From positions 1-64,000 of the forward strand of contig JAUPSS010000016.1 of the NCBI GenBank assembly GCA_040285825.1: a stretch of DNA of 64,000 nt, in the 5' to 3' direction. Below the pieces are notes generated by a model, which saw nothing but the letters and a program-made list of their open reading frames with translations, was not told the DNA's origin and searched no databases. Positions 24,950 to 37,306 of this stretch are shown here, piece after piece (within the stretch, counting starts at the first letter, position 1; every line of letters starts with the position of its first letter). The position numbers and the translations under genes are program-made. The DNA is from Eukaryota sp. TZLM1-RC. Lineage: Eukaryota; Protista; Metamonada: BaSk clade.

Positions 24950-25860
24950 AAGCTTTGCATATTGACAAAAACTCACTAATTTTAAAAATAAATTTAAATG
25001 GTTATGGTGGTATTCGTTTAAGTAGGCTTCTTCAGTAGAAATATTGTGCAAACGAAATTCAAGGACTTCTAAAAACATTGTTTGAAGTTCATCATTCATT
25101 CCTTCTGCATTTTAAGATTTTCTACAACTTGCTGGGGTATGGTACATTCCAAATATCGCCAAAGCTGTATTGATTAATACTGGAAGAGGGCAGTTGTTGA
25201 AAGAAAACGGGGGACTTGCCCTCTTGAACGGACGTGATATCACGACAAAGACCCACCACCACTAGAAAGCTCACAGTTTATGAACTGAAAGCAACTGGTT
25301 AAAAATGCAGCAAATCGTGGAAAAAGCTTTAAATTACAATCCACAGCTGATTTGGGAAGGAAAAACAACAAGAATTGTTGGAAATACTATCCATGCAGTA
25401 GAATTTTCCGAATTTTTCTTCGAGAGAATATCCAAAAAATATGAAAGCCTGCCCTTACTCGCAGAATTGTGACACAATTGAGCAATATTAAATTTGTATC
25501 GTGATAAACCTTTTTAGATAAAAATAGGCAACAGATGTTGAACAAGGCGATATGAATTATGAGGCTAGTCAACAAGCTTGGATGACATGGGACCATCATT
25601 ATACTCATAAGTTTAAATTGACGTATTGATTTTGAATTAATTCCAGCACGTTCTCTGCATCTCTATGGCTATTAATGTACCATTCAAAACAAACCATTGA
25701 GCAAATGCTTTAAAAAATATTGTACCAGCAGTGTTGCTGAACAATTAAGTAACGGTGTTCTTGATTATCACGTTGAATTGATTTTACGTGTTACAACCCT
25801 GAAACCAAAAGTATGGCACTGAATTATGGAAGCTTTTTAATATTGGAAACAATGAGATGA
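24950..25860 (+). mobile_element. Decayed pogo/Tigger-like (DDE_1) transposase
   Basis: Fragments GQLLKENGG, PQLIWEGKTTR and ELIPA..MAINVPFK resemble DDE_1 transposases; heavily frameshifted. Confidence 0.5.
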
Positions 25861-25929
25861 GATATTACATCAAGATGTGGGAAGGTGCATAAGAACATTG
25901 TTGATTGCTTCCTTTTGGAGTAAAACTTT

Positions 25930-26490
25930 ATTAATAGTGGCAAAGCTGTTTGATACTGAAGATGATTTTCATAAAAATAATAGAGGTGATGTCATATTAC
26001 CTGGATTAGATGGAACCTTCATTATATTGGATGTAAAGACTGTTGATCCTTGTAATGCCTCAAATGAAAGGCTAGTTAATTCTGAAATTCATAATCCATT
26101 TTCATATGCTGAAAATTTCAAAATCAAAAAATACAATGAACCATTGTCCAAATTGTCCAGACAACAGCATGCAAAATACAATTTGTATCCATTTGTATTT
26201 TCTCTTTTTGGTTCTCTTGCTTTCAACGGCTATACGTTTTTGAGCAGATTTTGAAATGATTGTAAAGAGAAAAACTAACAGAAATTTCAACAGATAGTTT
26301 TGGCAAAATAGAATTGTTTTTTTTTTCTATTTTTAAGGGGATGTTAAAAAATGGTTTCTGATGCTTTGCTTTCTCTTGGATCTCATTATGAGAGAGTTGC
26401 ATCTAATGTTTTTGTTTTGGGAGTGATGGATTATTTAGACGTTGATTTATAGGTTTTTAATAAAACTGATAAAAAAAGAATAAAAAAACT
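25930..26490 (+). mobile_element. RLE non-LTR retrotransposon 3' fragment
   Basis: RGDVILPG..LDVKTVDP..KIKKY..YPFVFSLFGS..WQNRIVF, followed by an A-rich tail. Confidence 0.8.
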
Positions 26491-26494
26491 TTCC

Positions 26495-26770
26495 CATATT
26501 TTAAACTGCAAACATTTTATAACTTATCACTCAATTGTTCATGATTCAGTTCGTGATCGATTGTATGCTTATGTGTGATAGTTTCAATATTGAGGCTTTT
26601 ATTGAACCTTTAGTACGTAAGCTATCTCCAGATCAAACTGACGACCTTTTTGGTAAAAGAAAGGGCAGATGCAGTAGTTCCTGGGTTCGATGGTGTTCTC
26701 AACGTTGTGAAAGTTGTCTCAGTCGATGTCTGCAAAAATTCTGCTGCTCGAGTGGCATTCAACAGAAATC
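26495..26770 (+). mobile_element. Second RLE fragment, head-to-tail with the previous one
   Basis: HILNCKHF..VHDSVRD..AFIEPLVRKL parallels the copy at 60144-60820. Confidence 0.7.
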
Positions 26771-27085
26771 ATTGTGCAATTTGCCTTTGGATGTGACTGA
26801 GTTTAGACCTGGTTCCAATAACAAAAATTACTGATGAAACAACACGGAAGACAGTCTTGATTTGTGAGTAAACAACACCGATGAAACAATATTCACATAG
26901 TAGACAAACATTAAAAGTACGAATTATCAGAGTCTTGAATTGATTAATGTGCAAATTCAGATTTTTTGATTGAATCATTTCCCGTATGAAGTTTCAGTGA
27001 AAGGAATAGTTGCTAACGGTTGCTTTTCATTGATGAAAAGTTTACTCCTTCCAAAGTGTAAAATGAAAACCATCTGTAAAGAATT

Positions 27086-27164
27086 TGTTGGCGCCCTAAG
27101 GCTTATATAATATGAAGAAAAAATAAATCAGACTTTTCTTTACTACAATAGACTTTAGGCAACA
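27086..27164 (+). repeat. 5' LTR (79 bp)
   Basis: TGTTGGCG...GGCAACA; 4 differences from the 3' LTR. Confidence 0.93.
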
Positions 27165-27241
27165 ATAATTATTGGCCATATTAAAGTCGAAAGGTATACC
27201 ATAACTTCAGCATTAGTAAACATCCCCAGACACTTTACAGC

Positions 27242-30020
27242 ATGTCAGACATCTTCCAACAAGATATCTCTGATTCTAATCCCCCACTTAATATGCAGCA
27301 GGTACCAGCGACACATATACATGATATAGAGGGTAACGAGGCAACGGACCCGGATCCCACCTCCCCCTCCCTTAAATTAGAAGAAGATGAAAGAGTGGAC
27401 GAGGTCCCTCCATCTTCAGCAACAGAAGAGGTAACGAGAACGGACCCGGCTCCCTCTTCCCCCAAAGCAATGGATGAGGTTACGAGAACGGACCCAGCTC
27501 CCTCTCCCCTCCCAATTCTAGAACCTGTCTCAAAGGGAACGGATGGAAATCCCACCTTAGACACGTCTTCCCCATTAGGAGAATATGAAGAAATTCAATC
27601 TCAACTGGATGAAATGGAGGGAGAAGACGACTCTTCCGAGGGGTTCTAAAGTTATTAAGAGAGGATGCGGAGGCTTACCTCGAACCAACAGATTTCTGTC
27701 TGTTCGAGCAGCCTCCCCCTTTATAGAGTTACATTCAAAAAAGAGGCAGAAACGTTGGTTTCCAGACCCTCGGAATGATTGGGGATACCCAAAAAGTATT
27801 GGAAATTCCCCTCAATGAAAGGAATGAACTCATAAAGGCACTTGATAAACTGAGTAGAGAGATACTCGGGCCTAACGCAGAGCGCCGCCCCAGAATCTCT
27901 GGAATGGACAAGAGAATCAATGAAATGATGTCTCTTCCCATCAAAGATAGATTGGATTGGAAGGCCTCCTTCCTAGATCAACACGGCAGGAAAATAAGGT
28001 ATCTCTCCATCGAACAGAGAAGTAGGACCGACTCGGAAGACATCCTACAATCCAAATTGCCTGCCTGGTTTGATCCTAACTTTGATACGGAAATCCATAA
28101 TTACACGGAGCTGACAGAGGGTGCTCCCACATATTTTAGGGAATTTATGGAGCAGGAGGATAGTAGTGAACAAGACAAGCTTGAACCAGTAACACCCTGG
28201 TTTGATGCAGACGCTTTAAATAACATTCATACGGAACGATCAGCTGTATTCACGTATAGGAGCCGTCCTAACAACTACATCCAACAACATGGTAACTCGT
28301 TCCCGAAACAACGAGAGTTTAGACAATGGGTAACGGGAGATCCATGCACATCTCTCCACCTTCCCAAACTGCCTGTTGTAGCCCCTATAATTTCTGAAAA
28401 AAGCCAACCAATACAAGTCTGCTCTATTGACAGCATACCCGAACACGTTCCAACAGTGAACGTCCCGGAACCTGTAACTAGACAAAACGTTGCTCCTCAG
28501 GAAGAACCAACTTCCTCCCAACCTATGGAATGTGAAATCGGAGAAAACATAGAGTTGAACGGGCCAGTCGTTGGAGAAACGGCTCCTCCTCAACCCTCAG
28601 TAAGAAACTCTTCTTCCGACAGATCTATGCGTATCGAGGACCTACAATCCTCAAGAAGAGCTATTGACATGAGCATAGCTAGTAGCCTTCATAGACAGAT
28701 TGATCCACGGTCTAAGGATATCGACTATAAAAGAACTCGATTATCCGCTGATGACCCTATCAACAAAATGTCTATCATAGCTTTTCTTTTAAAATATCAA
28801 ACTTGGGATAAATACGGGCGAAAGATAGCTAATAGAAGCTTTGAAGCCGCAGGTCAATCAGATTGGACCAGAGCTTTTATGATAGCTACCCAGCTATTTG
28901 GAGAAGGCCAAGCAGAAATAACCCAAGATAGGATTAAAGATCTCCCCAAACATATACGCGACGAGATCACCAGGGATACAACACAGCCTCTGGTAAGGAT
29001 TGACCCAGCTATAACAGATAAGCTCGGACCCCCAATCCACCATTATGATTTATTTAGGAGCATGATGATGAGCACTTGCCCTACAGGAATATCCAGCATG
29101 ATTGACCTAGCCTTCTATCCAGATGGCAGAGTCAAGGTTTACTCGGTATTGACTATACCGACGCCGACGTCATGGTATTTCTGTTAAAAAGAACACAATT
29201 CACATCATATCATGAGGCTTGTACAGCTCTAATGAAGCCTAGAATAAACTGGAGAAAAATTACAATAGGCATGAGGCTGACAACGAGTTTGGTCGTTATG
29301 TAGAAGATTTTGGAGACGTCTTGAGAATGACCACCTACATGACCGACCTAACCATCCCCGATTTAATTAGAGGAAGCAGTGGGTTGATAACCATATCTCC
29401 CGCTCTAATAGCCGAGTACTTTCTTATGGGTTTGGACAATTGCTATATCGAGCGAACTCCTCCCAGTATGGACTAGGGAATCCTTGTGGGACTCACCGAA
29501 CAGAACAACTCTACTCGATTTGATATCGACAACGAGAAGACATTTCCTCGCTTGGTGTTACACAGCAGGAAACAAGCCCACAATGGATGTACTAAGGAAC
29601 AGGGCTAACGAAGAAGATATTCCTTTGGGACTGACGGCGATGAGAACTTACTCAAGAGGAGTAACACCATCAGCCCAGGCTCCATCAAAACGAGCAAGAC
29701 GATCAGGTGGAAAGTCAAGAGGAACCCCTCAACACAAATGCATCCCTGAAAAGCATGAACGAGAAGGGTCAAAATTCTGTACATTCTGCGGCAACGTCGA
29801 AGGTAACAATCCTGTTGGCCACACTGTATTCGAATGCAAAGACCCTCGTTGTGCTAGAAGCAGAGTTCCCAAAGAAGAAAGATTCAGATTAGGAGAACAG
29901 GAGGCGCCTGCTATTAGAGGCAGTGTCGAAAAGGGCCGAGGTGGCCGTGCTAGACGTGTACATAGATTCAAATTTAGAGGCCGTGGAGGCCGTTTTAGAG
30001 GTCATAAAGGAAGAGGTTAG
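27242..30020 (+). pseudogene. gag: Long gag-like region with an atypical zinc knuckle
   Basis: Broken ORFs between the LTR and the protease; CTFCGNVEGNNPVGHTVFEC followed by an RGG-rich tail. Confidence 0.65.
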
Positions 30021-30395
30021 TACAGACCTATTTATAACATCAACACTACAGAGGATATATCATCAAACGCATCCCCTACTGAGTCAAAACCGACCCGTTC
30101 GAGTACGGTTCCTCACAGACGGATCAACAACAGCAACCGGAACAGCAGGACAGGCAACTTACCTAATCGGGTACACATCAACGCAATCAATCACAATCAA
30201 TCAACAACCGATTTAGGAAACCCAGTCAACAACTTTCCAACAGCTCAACAAAATCTTTTAATTCCTCTACAAATTCACCAAACCAGCTCTGATATCAATA
30301 GTATTTTTGATATTAATTCTACGGTTAGTAAAAACCACATCAGGTCCCAGCGTTCTCCATTTCCAAGACTGGAGATATCAATAAATGATATTAAA

Positions 30396-33300
30396 ATGAT
30401 TGCGACTATAGATTCGGCTGCGTTTTGTTCAGTTATTACTGCAGATTTAGCTGAACAATGCCATATGTCAATCAATAGCAAGGATACCATTAAGTTCTTA
30501 CCAGCTAATAACGTATCCACAAAATCGCTAGGGAGTGCAACTGGTATTCTGTCGTTCAACGTAGGAAGCATTGCGCAACAAGTTCATTATAAACATACTC
30601 TTCCCATAATCCCGGGTTCGAACAAATTATTAATAATGACAGACATGTTAAAAGCACTTGGGCTTCAGACGGATGATGGTCTTTTCATTAGATTAAACAA
30701 AGAACACCGCACTTTGCTAAATGCAGAATCAGAATTCGACTCTAGGATCGCTCAACATTCGATTGGGAACTTAGATAACCAATCACCAAGTTCTTCTGAT
30801 TTTGAGGAGCAATTAGCAAGATCTGGATGTGAGATAAATTTAGATGATAGTAATAATAAATTAAAATTAACGAGTCTACTAAAATTATTCAACGATGTTT
30901 TTAGTGAAACTCCTAATAGAAAAGGAATCGATTGTAATCCTCTAACAATCCGCTTTAGAGATGAGAATGCTATAGTACACAAGCCTGCTAGACGGTTAAA
31001 TCCTAGCAAAATGGAAATAGCAAACAAAATATTTGATGAACTGATCGAAATGGGTTTTGCAGTTGAATCTAATTATAAATTCGGCTCTCCTATTGTCTTA
31101 GTTATATATCCTGACGGCAAGAAACCCAGGTTAACTGGAGACTTTAGTGGTAAAGATGGAGTTAATGCCCATACGATTTCAGTAGAGCCTAATCTACCTA
31201 AAATTAGTGATATTTTAGAATTTTGAGTAGAGCAAATTACATCGCCACGCTTGATTTACCAAAAGCTTTCTGGCAGATAAATGTAGCTGATAAGGATATT
31301 GAGAAAACATCAATCTCAATTCCTGGAAGGTCAATCATGTTTAATAGAGCTTGCTTCGGATTAAAGAACATCCCAGCAGTTTTTCAAAACGTAATGATGG
31401 AAATTTTCCAAATAGACGGCGTTTTCATATACATTGACGATATCATAATAGTTGGAACGACATTCGAAGAATTTTATAAGAGATTACAAAGAGTCCTCCA
31501 ATGCGCCAGAAATAGACGTGTAAATATAGGCTTACGTAAATGTAAATTCGTAACATCAAAACACCCTATCGACATTTTAGGAAGTACCTTCCAGGATAAA
31601 ACTAGATTTATAAGTAAGAAAAAAATCGAAGCCTTGATGAGAATCCCTAGACCAAAAACAGTGAAAGAAGTTCGCTCATTGGTAGGATCCATCAATTATA
31701 TTAGAGATTGGCTTCCAGGTATTTCTGAATTAATTGCTCCAATTAACGAGCTAATTAAAGGAAAACCCAGAATAATTAAATGGACTAGCAAGCATGACGA
31801 TTACTTAAAACAAATAAAAGACTTAATAGTAAACCACATGCCCCTTGATTTACCAGCTCCGGGCAAGCGAGTATTGATAAGTACTGACGCTTCAGATGTA
31901 GCAGTAGGAGGTGTTATTTGGCAGGAAATTGAACCATACTCTCCTGCAGGAACCCCGCTGAATAAAAGGAAAGTGAAACCTTTGTCGTTCTATAGTAGAT
32001 TACTTACAGAAACACAAAGAAAATGGTCCCCTTTACAAAAAGAATTATATGCAATACTTTTGATTTTAACTGAAAGTTGTTTAGAAAGCTACTTGTTAAC
32101 TAGACATTTAACAATTTTCACAGATCATAAAAACATTGCGTTCCTGGCTACAGCCCCAGGAAAAAATAGAATTGTAAAGAGATGGCTGCCGATACTATCT
32201 GAATTCGACTTTGACATAGTCCACGAACCTGGTGAAGACAACCATTGGGCAGATATGTTATCGAGGAATATTGATTTGGGGTCAAAACGAGGAAATTCCT
32301 TCCATTTGTAGCATAAATATACCAGATACTTTACTTTCAAATTACGAGATACCTCCACTAGACGATGATTCTGATTTGGATCTTGAAGACATCCCATCAA
32401 TTTCATCTCTAAGTAGACACCAAGACCTACCTATTTTTTCTTCTTGGTTCTCTAAGATAAGATCCGAACAACAAATAGCCAAAAACAACAACGACTCGTT
32501 ATTTGAAAATGCAATTCTAGATGAAAATACTCAAATTTGGAAAAATAATAAAAACAAAATTTTGATTCCAAAGAGCCTCAGAAAACAGGCACTACTTTTA
32601 ATACATGGTTTGGTTCAATCTGGTCACCCTAGCAAAAACGATAGTTTACACAAACTATCCAAAAGCGATTTCTACTGGCCCAACATGAGAAAGGACCTCA
32701 TTAAACATGTCAAAAGATGCCCAACTTGTCAAAAAACGGCTCCAGTTAAAAGATCAAAAACACCTTCCACAGGGTCTTTATGGGCAGATCGTCCTTTTGC
32801 CAGATTAAACGTCGATACAATTGGACCCCTAAATTCTGACAACGAAGGAAATAAATATCTTTTATTATTTGTAGACTCTTTTACTGGATATACAATTCTA
32901 GTCCCTCTAAAAGAACTCAATGCCTTAGAAACCGCAGATGCCTTAATTTGGAATGTTTGCGCTATCTTTGGCATACCTATGTTAATTCATAGTGATAATG
33001 GATCTGAGTTCGCCAATGAGACTTTCAAAATAGTGTGTAACAGATTAGCGATTGAGATGAGTAACTCAATTCCCCACTATTCAGAAAGTAATGGACTTGT
33101 AGAACGTAAACATAGAGACGTTCTTCGATGCTTAAGGAAACTATTAATAGATTTCAACGATTACGGAAATTGGTGTACATACGTACCTATATCCCAACTA
33201 TTAATAAATTCTACTAAAAGCAGAAAAACTGGTTTTACCCCATACGAACTCATGTTCGGTTCTTCGATTAGCCCAAGAACAGATTCTGCTAATATATTAG

Positions 33301-33938
33301 GAAATTTATCCAAATTTGAAACTAATATCCCCTTATTAGATGACATCAAAATGAAAAACACTCGTCTACAAGAAAAAAGGGGAAAAAGCAGAGCATCACC
33401 AAACATTAAATACTCCGTCTTCAGAAGATAATACTAATTCGTGTTTTTTAGCATTTAATATTGGTGACTACGTCTTACGTAAAACCAAGCAAAATAATAA
33501 ATTGCATGGATCTTGGAATGGACCATTTTTAGTTATTGACCTTCCATCCAAATCCACTTTATTATTGAAGAATCTTACTACTGGCACAGAATTAAAAGCT
33601 GCCAAGAAAGATTGCAAAATCTATAACGCAGAAAATCCACAGGACATTGAGTTCCTCAAGGCAGTCGCTGCAGGCGATTCCGAAAAACACACGTTATAGA
33701 GAAAATCCTCTCAGAATACCACTCTGATTCAGGTAGTTTCTGTACTGTTCAGTGGTTTGGCGGTGAAACAACGGAAGAGCCACTCCATTCAGTTAAACAC
33801 TCAGAAGCTTATAAGTTATTTAGTAAGGATAACAAGAAAATGGGAAAACGTACCACTAGTCGACGACAAGGTACCTCCAATGAGTCTACGCCTTCTAAGA
33901 AGCCTAAACGCAGTAGTAGAATTAGGAAGAGGAGCTAA
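30396..33938 (+). pseudogene. pol: pol: protease, RT, RNase H, integrase, GPF motif, chromodomain-like tail
   Basis: IDSAA (PR), LDLPKAFWQ and YIDD (RT), TDASD and FTDH (RH), H..GH..CPTC, VDTIGP, SDNGSEF, NGLVER (IN), WNGPF, VIEKIL..VQWFGGETTEEP. Confidence 0.93.
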
Positions 33939-34068
33939 TTCTTAGTTTATATCGAATATTATTTATATTATATCGATTATATGTATTTATTATAGTTATT
34001 TAGTTATTTGTTATAGTTTTGTTTCATATTCATATAAGCTGATTTATTTTGAAAAAGGGAAGAAGCAG

Positions 34069-34147
34069 TGTTGGCGCCCTAAGGCTTATATAATATGAAT
34101 AGAAAATAAATCAGACTTTTCTTTACTCCAATAGACTTTACGCAACA
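34069..34147 (+). repeat. 3' LTR (79 bp)
   Basis: Matches the 5' LTR, preceded by the purine tract and followed by AATT. Confidence 0.93.
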
Positions 34148-34407
34148 AATTAGCGTTTCAAGCTCTCAATTGTTCATACGGTATGAGTCATACCGCATCT
34201 TTTCTGCAAGAAAAACTCGCATACAATTGTTTGATGGAGCAGGATGATAGGAACACATCATGGACGGTGACTTCAAAGTGTTGCAAGCTCAGTATTTCAC
34301 GTTGATTGTTGATAAGAAAAATTGTATTATAAAACGTATTTTATACATCTATAAAGGATGTTGATCAATTATAATTGTTGCAAGAACTCATGTACTGAAC
34401 AATGCTA

Positions 34408-34479
34408 CTGTGTTTCCTGCAATGTTGGGCGATTTGGGCGATCAACAAAAACTGCCCGATTGAAATGCGCGAAACACGG
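34408..34479. mobile_element. 72-bp Tc1/pogo-like miniature element
   Basis: TA|CTGTGTTTC ... GAAACACGG|TA imperfect terminal inverted repeats (TIRs) with TA flanks. Confidence 0.5.
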
Positions 34480-34557
34480 TATTCAAAACAGCAGTTATAT
34501 CGGTTGCAATCTCGAATCATAATTGTAATTGATTTCCAAAGATGTTTGATAAAAACA

Positions 34558-34630
34558 CGACCCAGGTAGGACTCGAACCCACAACCTTTTAATTCGTAGT
34601 CAAACGCGCTTCCAATTACGCCACAGGGTC
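34558..34630 (-). tRNA. tRNA-Arg(ACG)
   Basis: GACCCTG TGGCGTAATTGGAAGCGC..TTTGA CT ACG AA TTAAA..GGTTCGAGTCC..CTGGGTC G; a T5 terminator follows. Confidence 0.92.
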
Positions 34631-36679
34631 TCTGTTAATGACTCCTGTGCACCATTTAACGATCGCAATGAATTATTGAAAGAGATTAATAGTAATAAAG
34701 ATACTCTCATTGGTTTCAAGAACAATTGAAATAAATCAACGTCTTCTGTTTCTGTAATTTAATTTGAGCAATGACCTACAATCTAAAGTCTTGTTTCAAG
34801 TGAATTTGATTTTTACCAGTGCAAATGGGTCTCCGAGTCAATTCGCTGCCTTCAGTTGTTCATCAATTTTGTTCTAGAATATAAAGGTATGTTCCACAAA
34901 CTCTGTCACCAAAATGGAATCTTTCAATCTTCTGACAATCTTCAATCTTTTGGAAAGATGGAAAAATATCTTCTCATTTAGAGGTCCCATTCGTCATTTT
35001 CATAATACTTGACACAGCATTACTGAATATCATATCGGGGAACCTGCTTATGAGTAAAACTACCTGTCATTTAAATAATTCGTTCTCATGTATTTGTTTG
35101 TTTAGTTCATGAATTTTCACTTTTGGGAGTACATTTTTATACTATTCTTTGCACAACAATAACTTTTCCTTAAATTTAAGTTTTTATTGGAACTGAAGCT
35201 TATGTTTTCATTCTCTATTTTGATATAATCTCTCATCATGGGACAGCAACCTTTTTCCCATGATTGAACCATTTTAACCAAAACTCTGGTTTACTAATAA
35301 TTTGAGTTACTGGTTGTTTTGGTACGACGTGATTTTGAATTACTCGGACAATTGCATTCCAGGAATGATATGAAAAGAGGGATTCAATAGTGAATCAATC
35401 AATTCAAAAGGTGCTTTCCTGATTGCACTAATATAAAGAATACTTATAACAACTAGGTCCCAAGCAATTGTGTCGCAGCAACCTCCACAAGTCCTTGATT
35501 AAAATGTTTCTGTTGAACTGCAATCCTGAGTTCAAAATATGTGTTGATCAAATGTAAATGAAAATTTGTTATTAGATCTTGCTATCTCCAAACGTGTCAG
35601 CAAAATTACTGTTCAAAAGCAATTGTTGCAGTGAAGGAGAAGTATTGGAGAGAGAGTTGGACATGTGGTAGACAGAAGGATAACAATAAGAGACATCTCG
35701 TGATGAATCTTTCTGATTAGAGAAAGCACGGTGAAGCGGTTGCGAGGAGCGGGTGTTGCAAAGATTTTCATCAATCTCCCCTTCAATTGAGGGATGTGAT
35801 CGGGGATTGAAATTGGAAGATGGACGAGTCTTGGTGGCTGTCTTCAACGGTGTATAGGCTTCATTAGTGGTGAACACAATTGCATCCACTATTCCTGACT
35901 CTTTGCGCGTATGATATGTTGAAGGTTACCACGAGTACATACTAAACCTATTTACTCAGCAGGTGGTCGACCCTCATCGTGTCGACACTATGTTGACGCT
36001 AGACAATGTTACTTTCATTTCAGACAACACCACCTTCATTTTCACTGCTGGGCCAAATATTTTATCCTTTCTGGAAAATATTACATCTGATATTATGCGA
36101 AAAAGTGCCGTCTGTCCATCCCCCCGTTATTCTCCTGGCTTTATTTTTTTAATCAATAACTGCAAAAGCATTTTCCCTCTCCTAATGCCAACCACTGTCT
36201 GCTGAAAGAACCGTTTGGTTTTTCAGAAATAGAAAGTATCTGACTTACACAATACGTTCAGATGCTGTTTCAATCCACTTCACATTTTCCTTTGCCCCCA
36301 ATGAAACCAAGAATCGCCGCAAAACCAGAGAGTTCGCAACCACCAAAGCCAGTGAAGAACACGATATGCATGCCAAGAGTCGAAAGCGAAATTCCAGATT
36401 TCAACATCAGGTTCGGCCTAGGCAACGTCGAAGAAATGATGACGCCTGCGAGCCTTTTCCTGTTGATCCAATGGAATACTCACTTTGTGCAATTGATCTC
36501 AACCAGAAAAATTTGTGTGGTTATTCAATTGGATCAACAATAGATAATAACAATGTTGACCATCAACTCCTGGGCATTGTTCTAAATCCGGGATAAATTC
36601 TAGGGACATCTCAGCCTCCAGAAACCAACCGGAGGGTAAAATCTTTTTCAAAAAGTGGAAATGGCAATAGAGCGAAAAT

Positions 36680-36973
36680 ATGGACATGGAAACATATTGT
36701 GCATATTGTCCTTCGCCAAAGAAAAAAACATTCCCTGTTTGTAAATACTTTACTGCATCCCATCAACAAAGAGTATCCACTAGTAATCTTTGTCGTCACG
36801 TTGAAGGAAAGCCATCGAATAAATCTCGTGTAACAACCGGTAGGTTGAAAACCCATCTCTATGAATACCACAAAGGGTGGCTGAGTGACACACCGCAAGT
36901 CAATTCTCATACAGCTATTACAGAGCTCTTAGGTATAAAACAAACCGTTTTTTATTTCAATTGTCTGAGTTGA
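36680..36973 (+). other. Possible BED-type zinc-finger fragment
   Basis: YCAYC..STSNLCRH..TTGRLKTHL..H; the context is broken. Confidence 0.3.
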
Positions 36974-37306
36974 TGGTATGGTTAAAAAACGATCAAATTA
37001 AAATACTTGAAACACTGAAGTAAAAAATAGGTAGTCACATTAGTTTTTTATATAATTAATTGTCAGTAAAATGATTTGTTTACACCTATATAAGAAATAC
37101 TTCAATTTATTAATAAATAGCAAACCACTTCGACCAATTACTACAACACTGTCAAGGTCAGTAATGGTTAACTTCACTCTGGATCTGAATAAACGTAAAT
37201 AGGCTGCTTGGAATCAACTTATGAGAATGTGGATATGGAAGTGGAAATGAAACCCAAAAGTGAAAAGGAAAGGATTCTACTTTGTTAAGTCTAGTATCTC
37301 CAAATC

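Larger units (their letters stand above)
27086..34147 (+). mobile_element. Full-length Ty3/Gypsy LTR retrotransposon (frameshifted)
   Basis: TG..CA LTRs at 27086-27164 and 34069-34147, AATT target-site duplication (TSD), polypurine tract (PPT) at ~34051-34068, domain order PR-RT-RH-IN. Confidence 0.95.

Noticed and set aside
34148-34557. tRNA-targeted integration of the Gypsy element
   Set aside because: A single case at ~410 bp on the downstream side, and the related gag-only element is not near a tRNA; insufficient support.
35572-36600. Several 60-105 aa ORFs on both strands
   Set aside because: No recognisable domains; probably decayed coding sequence that I cannot assign.
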